A stretch of 64,000 nucleotides of DNA from a virus (Duplodnaviria; Caudoviricetes). Location of the stretch: IMG/VR virus record IMGVR_UViG_3300013121_000039, positions 32,001 to 96,000 of that record. One strand, given 5' to 3'. The notes under the pieces are model-generated. The model was not told the origin of the DNA. It did not search any database and saw nothing but the letters and a program-made list of their open reading frames with translations. The position numbers and the translations under genes were made by a program. Below are positions 55,566-61,835 of the stretch, in pieces. Positions within the stretch are counted from its first letter, which is position 1. Every line of letters starts with the position of its first letter.

Positions 55566-55805
55566 TCTCCGTACCCGGGTAGCTTAATGGCAGAGCTCCA
55601 GCCTATGAAGCTGGCGATGCGGCTTCGAGACCCGCCCTGGGGGAGATCGTCGTGAGGGGTACTGAACCCCAATCGGCTACGGAGAGTACCGGGTCGCGAG
55701 GCCCGGGCAGGCCCTCCTCGATGAGTGGGGAGGTGGAAGATGCAGGGCCATCGGGGCCCGAGCCTCTGCCATGTCGGTGAGATCCCGGCCGCCTGACACA
55801 AGTTC
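55566..55805 (+). ncRNA. ~240-nt structured RNA containing a tRNA-like domain (anticodon ATG)
   Basis: tRNA-like 55574-55641 nested in a tctccgta/tacggaga stem, followed by several hairpins and a T-arm-like gtcgg-TGAGATC-ccggc. Confidence 0.55.
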
Positions 55806-55807
55806 GC

Positions 55808-55881
55808 AGAGGAGTCGTCCAACGGCAGGACGCTGGTCTTTGGAGCCAGCTATCTCGGTTCGAATCCGAGCTCCTCTTCCA
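55808..55881 (+). tRNA. tRNA-Gln(TTG)
   Basis: Cloverleaf with CCA; A1-U72, U73. Confidence 0.9.
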
Positions 55882-55887
55882 CTTCGC

Positions 55888-55962
55888 AGGGGTGTAGTTC
55901 AACGGCAGAACGTCTGGCTCTGGACCAGAAAGTTGAAGGTTCGAATCCTTCCACCCCTTCCA
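55888..55962 (+). tRNA. tRNA-Gln(CTG)
   Basis: Cloverleaf with CCA; A1-U72, U73. Confidence 0.9.
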
Positions 55963-55966
55963 CCTT

Positions 55967-56042
55967 GCCGGCGTAGCTCAGTTGGCAGAGCAGCCGCCTT
56001 GTAAGCGGCAGGTCGCGAGTCCGACTCTCGCCGCCGGCTCCA
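55967..56042 (+). tRNA. tRNA-Thr(TGT)
   Basis: Cloverleaf with CCA; T-loop TCCGACT. Confidence 0.9.
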
Positions 56043-56051
56043 TCTTCACAT

Positions 56052-56124
56052 TCCGGGGTAGCTCAACTGGCAGAGCGGGCGGCTGTTAACCGTCAGGTTG
56101 GGGGTTCGAATCCCTCCTCCGGAG
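56052..56124 (+). tRNA. tRNA-Asn(GTT)
   Basis: Cloverleaf. Confidence 0.92.
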
Positions 56125-56130
56125 CTTCAT

Positions 56131-56205
56131 GAGTCGCAAGTCATCGAGGGATGGCCGCGGTCTGCAACACCGCAGAGCGGAGTTCGACTCTCCGGCGACT
56201 CTCCA
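56131..56205 (+). tRNA. tRNA-Cys(GCA)
   Basis: gcggt-CT-GCA-AC-accgc; U73 and CCA. Confidence 0.85.
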
Positions 56206-56209
56206 GTAC

Positions 56210-56284
56210 GGCCCTGTCTTCTAGCGGTAGGAAGCCGGACTCTCAATCCGGTAACGGCGGGTTCGATTCCCCCCAGGGTCACCA
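56210..56284 (+). tRNA. tRNA-Glu(CTC)
   Basis: Cloverleaf with CCA. Confidence 0.88.
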
Positions 56285-56289
56285 CTCAC

Positions 56290-56362
56290 GTCGCGTTCGT
56301 CCAGGGGCCAAGGACGCTGGCCTTTCAAGCCGGAAACGCGGGTTCGAATCCCGCACGCGATA
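56290..56362 (+). tRNA. tRNA-Glu(TTC)
   Basis: Cloverleaf. Confidence 0.9.
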
Positions 56363-56365
56363 CTT

Positions 56366-56439
56366 CGGGGTGTAGCGCAGCCTGGTAGCGCGCCTGCCTT
56401 GGGCGCAGGAGGTCGCGGGTCCGAATCCCGCCACCCCGA
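56366..56439 (+). tRNA. tRNA-Pro(TGG)
   Basis: Cloverleaf; T-loop TCCGAAT. Confidence 0.9.
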
Positions 56440-56502
56440 CTCGTATTTTAGGTTCAGGCCCGAAGCTAAAATAAGGGGCCGACCTGTGATGGCTTACTTC
56501 AA

Positions 56503-56576
56503 CAGCGTGTAGCTCAGCTTGGTAGAGCACCAGCTTGGGGTGCTGGGGGCCGGAGGTTCAAATCCTCTCACGCTGA
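56503..56576 (+). tRNA. tRNA-Pro(GGG)
   Basis: Cloverleaf. Confidence 0.92.
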
Positions 56577-56582
56577 CTTCTT

Positions 56583-56656
56583 CGGGGTGTAGCTCAGACT
56601 GGTAGAGCGCACGGTTCGGGACCGTGAGGTCGCTGGTTCGATTCCAGTCACCCCGA
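56583..56656 (+). tRNA. tRNA-Pro(CGG)
   Basis: Cloverleaf. Confidence 0.93.
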
Positions 56657-56664
56657 CTCTTCAT

Positions 56665-56742
56665 CCGCTCGTAGCTCACGTGGCCCAGAGCACCCGCCTG
56701 ATAAGCGGGAGGTAGGTGGTTCAAGTCCACCCGAGCGGACCA
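56665..56742 (+). tRNA. tRNA-Ile(GAT)
   Basis: Cloverleaf with CCA. Confidence 0.92.
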
Positions 56743-56749
56743 TCTTCAT

Positions 56750-56824
56750 GGTGATGTTCGTCCAACGGCAGGACATGGGATTGTGGATCCCAGAATGAGA
56801 GTTCGACCCTCTCACATCACCCCA
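56750..56824 (+). tRNA. tRNA-His(GTG)
   Basis: G-1:C73 pair and CCA. Confidence 0.9.
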
Positions 56825-56829
56825 TTCAC

Positions 56830-56920
56830 GGGGGACCTCTCCGCAGCGGAGGGTACATGCCCACCGGCTCTTGCGCGCCGACACGGCTAAGGTCCTGGGG
56901 TTGAAGTCCCCGGTCCCCCT
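56830..56920 (+). ncRNA. tRNA-like element without a canonical anticodon arm
   Basis: gggggac/gtccccc acceptor, ctcc/ggag D-like stem, T-arm tgggg-TTGAAGT-ccccg. Confidence 0.55.
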
Positions 56921-56930
56921 CCTTCGTCCT

Positions 56931-57005
56931 GGGGTCATCGTTCATCGGTCAGGACACCGGCCTGTCACGCCGGAGAGGCGAGTTCGATTCTCGCTGGCCC
57001 CGCCA
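56931..57005 (+). tRNA. tRNA-Asp(GTC)
   Basis: Cloverleaf with CCA. Confidence 0.92.
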
Positions 57006-57009
57006 TCTT

Positions 57010-57085
57010 GGAGCGATAGCTCAGCAGGTAGAGCACTGGTCTGAAGAGCCGGGTGTCGCAGGTTCGATTCCTGCTCGCTCCACCA
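57010..57085 (+). tRNA. tRNA-Phe(GAA)
   Basis: Cloverleaf with CCA. Confidence 0.92.
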
Positions 57086-57087
57086 CC

Positions 57088-57180
57088 CTTCGCAGCAACC
57101 TCATGAATCGCGATGCGGGACCCTACCCCGCCTCTCACGACGACGAGGGCCTCGGTACTTGCGGCCGCGGTGCTGCGAAG
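57088..57180 (+). ncRNA. Structured spacer RNA
   Basis: 10-bp closing stem cttcgcagca / tgctgcgaag with internal hairpins. Confidence 0.45.
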
Positions 57181-57187
57181 ACTTCTT

Positions 57188-57260
57188 GGGGCCGTAGCTC
57201 AGTTGGGAGAGCGCCTGCTTCGCACGCAGGAGGTCAAGGGTTCGACTCCCTTCGGTTCCA
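57188..57260 (+). tRNA. tRNA-Ala(CGC)
   Basis: Cloverleaf; G3:U70. Confidence 0.93.
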
Positions 57261-57263
57261 CAT

Positions 57264-57339
57264 GCGCGCGTAGTTCAGTGGCCAGAACGCTGCCTTGACA
57301 TGGCAGAGATCGCCGGTTCGAGTCCGGCCGCGCGTACCA
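57264..57339 (+). tRNA. tRNA-Val(GAC)
   Basis: Cloverleaf with CCA. Confidence 0.93.
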
Positions 57340-57345
57340 CTTCCC

Positions 57346-57421
57346 GGGGCTATAGCTCAGACGGGAGAGCGCCTGGATGGCATCCAGGAGGTCGTCGGTT
57401 CGATCCCGACTGGCTCCACCA
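57346..57421 (+). tRNA. tRNA-Ala(GGC)
   Basis: Cloverleaf with CCA; G3:U70. Confidence 0.93.
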
Positions 57422-57427
57422 CTTCAC

Positions 57428-57503
57428 GGGTCCATAGCTCCAACGGGAGAGCAGCGGCTTTGCAAGCCGACGGTTGCCGGTTCGAGTCCGGCTGGATCCA
57501 CCA
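57428..57503 (+). tRNA. tRNA-Ala(TGC)
   Basis: Cloverleaf with CCA; G3:U70. Confidence 0.9.
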
Positions 57504-57517
57504 CATCAGGAGTACGC

Positions 57518-57733
57518 ATGCCGCGGCCGCCAGAGGCTCAAGCCCTCTTCGAAAGGAGCGGGATGTTCTCGACTCACGAGAAGTTGGTCTCCTTCCTCTA
57601 CGAGCTGATGAGGGACCACCTTCCCCCAGGAGTCGTCGAGAGGCTCGTCCAGAACAACCAGGAGACTCCGGCGTCGCTGACGAACGGCTACCTGGCGCAG
57701 TACGCCAAGGACCTCGCCGACCGACTCAAGTAG
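57518..57733 (+). CDS. Small protein inside the tRNA array
   Basis: AGGAG RBS; KLVSFLYELMRDHLPPGVVE; an alternative start at 57563 also has an RBS. Confidence 0.7.
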   Translation: MPRPPEAQALFERSGMFSTHEKLVSFLYELMRDHLPPGVVERLVQNNQETPASLTNGYLAQYAKDLADRLK

Positions 57734-57734
57734 T

Positions 57735-57808
57735 GCCGATGTAGCTCAGAGGCAGAGCACTGCCTTGGTAAGGCAGCGGTCTGGGTTCGACCCCCAGCAT
57801 CGGCTCCA
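57735..57808 (+). tRNA. tRNA-Thr(GGT)
   Basis: Cloverleaf with CCA. Confidence 0.9.
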
Positions 57809-57812
57809 TCAT

Positions 57813-57890
57813 CCGCCCGTAGCTCAGCTGGATCAGAGCGCTTGACTACGAATCAAGAGGCCGGGGGTTCGAATCCCTCCGGGCGGACCA
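57813..57890 (+). tRNA. tRNA-Arg(ACG)
   Basis: Cloverleaf with CCA. Confidence 0.93.
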
Positions 57891-57893
57891 CAT

Positions 57894-57971
57894 GCGTCTG
57901 TAGCTCAGATGGAAGAGAGCGCTGGCCTCCGAAGCCAGAGGGCGGGGGTTCGAGTCCCTCCAGACGCGCCA
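57894..57971 (+). tRNA. tRNA-Arg(CCG)
   Basis: Cloverleaf with CCA. Confidence 0.92.
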
Positions 57972-57974
57972 CAT

Positions 57975-58049
57975 GCTCCTGTAGCTCAGGTGGACGAGAG
58001 CGGCTGTTTCCTAAACAGCAGGCCGGGTGTTCGAGTCACCCCAGGAGCA
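57975..58049 (+). tRNA. tRNA-Arg(CCT)
   Basis: Cloverleaf. Confidence 0.9.
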
Positions 58050-58055
58050 CTTCAC

Positions 58056-58137
58056 TGCGGGATCGTCTAGTGGCCATGACACCGGGCTCATAACCCGGGG
58101 GCGAAAGCCATCGTGGGTTCGAGTCCCACTCCCGCAA
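58056..58137 (+). tRNA. tRNA-Met(CAT), initiator-like with a long variable arm
   Basis: ccGGG-CT-CAT-AA-CCCgg; variable stem ggc-GAAA-gcc; U1-A72. Confidence 0.85.
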
Positions 58138-58140
58138 CAT

Positions 58141-58216
58141 GCACGCCGAGGTAGCTGGAGACACCGCCTCTCTCACACGGAGGACTTGCTGGGTTCGATC
58201 CCCAGGGCGTGCACCA
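58141..58216 (+). tRNA. tRNA-Val(CAC)
   Basis: cctct-CT-CAC-AC-ggagg; CCA; atypical D-arm. Confidence 0.8.
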
Positions 58217-58223
58217 TCTTCAT

Positions 58224-58308
58224 GTCCAGGTGGCGGAACTGGTAGACGCACCAGCTTGAGGGGCTGGCGGGTAACACCGTGCGGGTTCGATTCCCGCCCT
58301 GGACACCA
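58224..58308 (+). tRNA. tRNA-Leu(GAG)
   Basis: Type II cloverleaf with CCA. Confidence 0.93.
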
Positions 58309-58313
58309 TCTTC

Positions 58314-58397
58314 GGTCGAGTGGCGGAATGGTAGACGCACCTGGCTCAGAACCAGGCGGGTAACACCGTGAGAGTTCGACTCTCTCCTCGACCACCA
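58314..58397 (+). tRNA. tRNA-Leu(CAG)
   Basis: Type II cloverleaf with CCA. Confidence 0.93.
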
Positions 58398-58401
58398 TCA
58401 T

Positions 58402-58482
58402 GCCCGAGTGGCGGAACGGTAGACGCGGCGGACTCAAAACCCGCTGCCGAGAGGCGTGCCGGTTCGAGTCCGGCTTCGGGCA
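58402..58482 (+). tRNA. tRNA-Leu(CAA)
   Basis: Type II cloverleaf. Confidence 0.92.
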
Positions 58483-58521
58483 CTTCACGCAGTACCACTA
58501 CAACAAGAAAGGAGCGTAGCG

Positions 58522-59066
58522 ATGGACACGTTGGTGTTGTCCCACGCCTACGAGCCCGTCGCACGCGTCCACTGGCAACGGGCCGTAACCCTCCTCTGGG
58601 AGGGCAAGGTCGAGGTCATCGAGGAGTACGAGAGCAGGACGGTCAGGTCGGTCACGCTGGAGTTCAAGATCCCCAGCATCATCCGCTTCCTCAACGTCAT
58701 CCGCCGGCGCAAGCCGTCGATGAAGTTCTCGCGAGAGAACGTCTTCGCTCGGGACAAGGGCCGCTGCCAGTACTGCGGCAACAAGGTCACGAGAGCAGAG
58801 TCGACCTACGACCACGTCACCCCGCGGTCGAAGGGGGGCGGGACGAACTGGGAGAACGTCGTCATCGCCTGCACCCCGTGCAACCAGCGGAAGAGCGACA
58901 AGACCCCGGCCCAGGCCGGCATGAAGCTGCTCTCGGTGCCGGTGAAGCCGGCGCACCTGCCTGGCACCACCAGGCTGACGTTCCTGCTCGACAAGAACGT
59001 GCCGCAGTCCTGGAAGCAGCTCATGATGGACTACGGCTACTGGCACGGCGAGCTGGAGCACGACTA

Positions 59067-59067
<1 letters not shown>
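58522..59067 (+). CDS. HNH endonuclease (McrA-like)
   Basis: AAGGAG RBS; RD-x3-CQYCG, TYDHVTPRSKGG, WENVVIACTPCNQRK. Confidence 0.93.
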
Positions 59068-59158
<91 letters not shown>

Positions 59159-59224
59159 GCGTGTGTGGCCCCGAGCACCTTGGGTGTCTGGCACTCAGCC
59201 AGAGCGCACCATCGGGGCATCCTT

Positions 59225-59314
59225 GGAAGAGTGGGTGAGTGGCTCAAACCACCGGCCTCGAAAACCGGACGTGGGGCAACCTGCGCGAGAGTTCGAATCT
59301 CTCCTCTTCCGCCA
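59225..59314 (+). tRNA. tRNA-Ser(CGA)
   Basis: Type II cloverleaf with CCA. Confidence 0.93.
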
Positions 59315-59319
59315 TCTTT

Positions 59320-59409
59320 GGAAGCGTGGCCGAGTGGCTCAAGGCACCAGCTTGGAAAGCTGGAGGTGGCTCCGGCTGCCCGCAGGTTCGAATCCTGCCG
59401 CTTCCGCCA
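59320..59409 (+). tRNA. tRNA-Ser(GGA)
   Basis: Type II cloverleaf with CCA. Confidence 0.93.
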
Positions 59410-59412
59410 TCT

Positions 59413-59503
59413 GGAGAGGTGGGCGAGTGGCTCATGCCGCCGGTTTGCTAAACCGGTCTGCGATCACATCAAAGCGAGGGTTCGAATCCCTCCCTCTCCG
59501 CCA
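59413..59503 (+). tRNA. tRNA-Ser(GCT)
   Basis: Type II cloverleaf with CCA. Confidence 0.93.
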
Positions 59504-59506
59504 CAT

Positions 59507-59583
59507 GCCCCCGTAGCTCAGAGGACAAGAGCAGCCGCCTTCTAAGCGGACGGTCGCTGGTTCGAGTCCAGCCGGGGGCACCA
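59507..59583 (+). tRNA. tRNA-Arg(TCT)
   Basis: Cloverleaf with CCA. Confidence 0.93.
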
Positions 59584-59607
59584 CTGTCACTACGACTCAG
59601 GAGTCCT

Positions 59608-59865
59608 ATGAAGAAGGTCGCGAAGATCACCGGCCGGGCGCTCTGCTACGACGTGCTGGAGTGCCCCATCTGCGAAGCCCGCACCGTCGTCAACGAGAAC
59701 ATGCCCTGGTGCGCCACGTGCGGCACCGAGTACTACCACGGCCGAGACGACCGGAAGACCGGCGCCAGACGCTGGGTCTTCGACACGAAGCGGAAGACGC
59801 CACAGTACGCCTGGGGCAAGGCCCTGAACCTGTCCGGCGGGATACGGATCGGGCCGAAGAAGTAG
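59608..59865 (+). CDS. Zinc-ribbon protein
   Basis: AGGAG RBS; CPIC and CATC. Confidence 0.75.
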   Translation: MKKVAKITGRALCYDVLECPICEARTVVNENMPWCATCGTEYYHGRDDRKTGARRWVFDTKRKTPQYAWGKALNLSGGIRIGPKK

Positions 59866-59902
59866 AGGGGCGGGCCGCTGCGCCCGCCCCTCTTTCTTAG
59901 CT
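59864..59902 (+). terminator. Hairpin + TTAGC terminator ending the plus-strand block
   Basis: agaggggcgggc / gcccgcccctct followed by TTCTTAGCT. Confidence 0.75.
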
Positions 59903-59936
59903 CACTTCACCATTGGAGTGGCCTTCCTTTCCCCAG

Positions 59937-60257
59937 TTACCCGCCGAAGAGCTTCTCGTCGCGGCACTGGATGCAGAACGTGTCTGCGTCTGGGTACTGC
60001 CCCTTCAACATGAAGACCCGGTGACCGCAGGGCAGCTCACGAGTCCGGAAGTGCCGGTTCGTGTAGTGCGTCCGCATGTGCGAAGCGCGAGGGTGCTTGT
60101 CTCCCACGTCGATCGACACCTTCGGCCCAACCAGCCCCGGCTTGGGAGCGTGGTAGGACGACTTGGAGACGTCGGTGTAGTAGACCTTGCGCTTGTGGTG
60201 ATGGTCAGTCGGGCCCCCGGACGAGCGCCTGCTGCGCCCGAAAACAAGGGTAGCCAT
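59937..60257 (-). CDS. Basic hypothetical protein with C-terminal Zn motif
   Basis: AGGAGG RBS; LPCGH...CIQC. Confidence 0.65.
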   Translation of the reverse strand: MATLVFGRSRRSSGGPTDHHHKRKVYYTDVSKSSYHAPKPGLVGPKVSIDVGDKHPRASHMRTHYTNRHFRTRELPCGHRVFMLKGQYPDADTFCIQCRDEKLFGG

Positions 60258-60361
60258 ACAGCCTCCTAGAGCTGGTCGAGATCAGGTCTGACCGCTGGCG
60301 CGCCTCACGGGCGCTGGGCGGGTTCTCGGGACCGGTCTAGGAGTGGGACATGACGGCGCGG

Positions 60362-60390
60362 AAGGTAGACGCGACGCCACGTAGAGTCAA
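60362..60390 (-). promoter_or_regulatory. Sigma70-type promoter
   Basis: TTGACT-N17-TACCTT. Confidence 0.55.
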
Positions 60391-60409
60391 GCGGTCATTT
60401 CCAAGCAGA

Positions 60410-60438
60410 AGGGGGCCCAGCTTGTACTAGGCCCCCTC
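60410..60438 (-). terminator. Terminator-like hairpin
   Basis: agggggcc / ggccccct downstream of the 60448 gene. Confidence 0.5.
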
Positions 60439-60447
60439 GCGATCAAC

Positions 60448-60687
60448 TCAGCTTGCTTGCTTCAGGCGAATGAACTCATGCCAGCCGCACTTGTGGGGGC
60501 AGACGACGCTCGGGCTCACCTGGCCGTCGGCCGTGATGGTGTGGTTGACGAGGGACAGCAGATGGTCGCATTTCGGGCACACCAAGGCCACCGTCTGCTT
60601 GAAGACCGGACCTGGGAAGACACTGGCGATCCATGGTCGCCAGCGTCCCTTGGTCCAAGCCCCGCCGTCTGGCAGGAGCTCCTGCAC
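60448..60687 (-). CDS. Small Zn-binding protein
   Basis: CPKC...VSPSVVC-x3-CGWH. Confidence 0.65.
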   Translation of the reverse strand: MQELLPDGGAWTKGRWRPWIASVFPGPVFKQTVALVCPKCDHLLSLVNHTITADGQVSPSVVCPHKCGWHEFIRLKQAS

Positions 60688-61097
60688 TAGAAGCTGCCCT
60701 TGATGCGGATCCCAGTGGCCCGGCGGAAGGCGCCGGTCGGGTACTTCACGTCGCGCTCGGTGTAGTCGTCCACGACCTCTCGGTCCGCCGAATAGCCGCG
60801 GCAGACCTTGGCGTCCTGGTCACCCGGCAGCGCGTCGATGGCCGCCTGGGTCTGGTTGCAGCGGGAGCACTTGTCCTTCCCGGGCGGGAAGTAGTGCACC
60901 GCCATCTCCGACGGCCAGTGGTGGAACTCCGCCACGTAGGGCCGCATGGTGGCGCGCTGCATCTCCGAGACGAAGCGGGCCATCATGCAGTCGGGGCAGG
61001 TCTCCTGCCCGCAGCCCCTGATCTCGGAGCCCTCCTTCGCGTTCCGGTCGCAGCCGTGTCCGCCCGTCGCTTCGATCACGATTCTGAAGTCACCCAT
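60687..61097 (-). CDS. Cys-rich hypothetical protein
   Basis: AAGGAG RBS; GGHGC, CPDC and CSRC. Confidence 0.7.
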   Translation of the reverse strand: MGDFRIVIEATGGHGCDRNAKEGSEIRGCGQETCPDCMMARFVSEMQRATMRPYVAEFHHWPSEMAVHYFPPGKDKCSRCNQTQAAIDALPGDQDAKVCRGYSADREVVDDYTERDVKYPTGAFRRATGIRIKGSF

Positions 61098-61152
61098 GTC
61101 TGCTCTCCTTCACTGCTCTGCGTTCACTGCCTCACTGCACTCGCTGCCAGTA

Positions 61153-61515
61153 CTACTGCTGCTCTGCGGGGAACTTCCGGCCCTCGCAGTCGTCCGTGAT
61201 GATACCGTCTCGGATCCAGCCGTGGTAGATGCCGTGCACGTTGATGCTCGGGGAGACGGTGATCTTGGGAGCGGTCCCCGTCACCACCCAGCCGTCCCGG
61301 TTTCCGGAGCCGCCGATGTCCACGCAGTGCTCGTGGCCCCCGGGCAACTTCACGACGAGCGGCGGGCGCTTCCCGGCCCAGTCCCGGTCGTACTGGATCG
61401 AGGTCCAGTAGCGTCGGCTGCCCTCATCCTTGAGGAACCACGGGGCCGGCCACATGTCGCCGACCTTCGGCTTCTCAGGACGCTCCTCGTGGTAGGTGAT
61501 AGGCCAGGCCATCAC
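61153..61515 (-). CDS. Hypothetical protein, probable paralogue of 60448-60687
   Basis: ITVSPSI...YHGWIRDG. Confidence 0.7.
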   Translation of the reverse strand: MMAWPITYHEERPEKPKVGDMWPAPWFLKDEGSRRYWTSIQYDRDWAGKRPPLVVKLPGGHEHCVDIGGSGNRDGWVVTGTAPKITVSPSINVHGIYHGWIRDGIITDDCEGRKFPAEQQ

Positions 61516-61835
61516 TTCGTCCCGTTCTTCACTGGCTCAGGCTCGCCGAGCGGGTCCTTGTCGTCCTTCTCGACCAGGCAGTGGGCGATCCCGGTGCAGG
61601 TCGCCCCGTACATCTTCCTGATCGCGTCCGTCTTGCACAGCGCGCAGAAGAGGTTCGGCTCGTTGCGGCTGGTGATGACGATGAGCCGCTGCGAGGGGTA
61701 GTCGCGGACCAGAACCTCGTCTGGAGTGATGCTCTCCAGGCGGGCGCGCGGGAGGATCTCCTTGCGCTCACGATAGGAGAGCAGGGTCCTAGTGTCCCCC
61801 CAGAACACTGCCAGCTCTGGACGCCGCTTGCTCAC
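61512..61835 (-). CDS. Hypothetical protein
   Basis: Coupled to both neighbours. Confidence 0.6.
   Translation of the reverse strand: MSKRRPELAVFWGDTRTLLSYRERKEILPRARLESITPDEVLVRDYPSQRLIVITSRNEPNLFCALCKTDAIRKMYGATCTGIAHCLVEKDDKDPLGEPEPVKNGTK

Noticed and set aside
56830-56920. tmRNA or tRNA-Sec
   Set aside because: No G3:U70, no tag ORF, no TCA anticodon.
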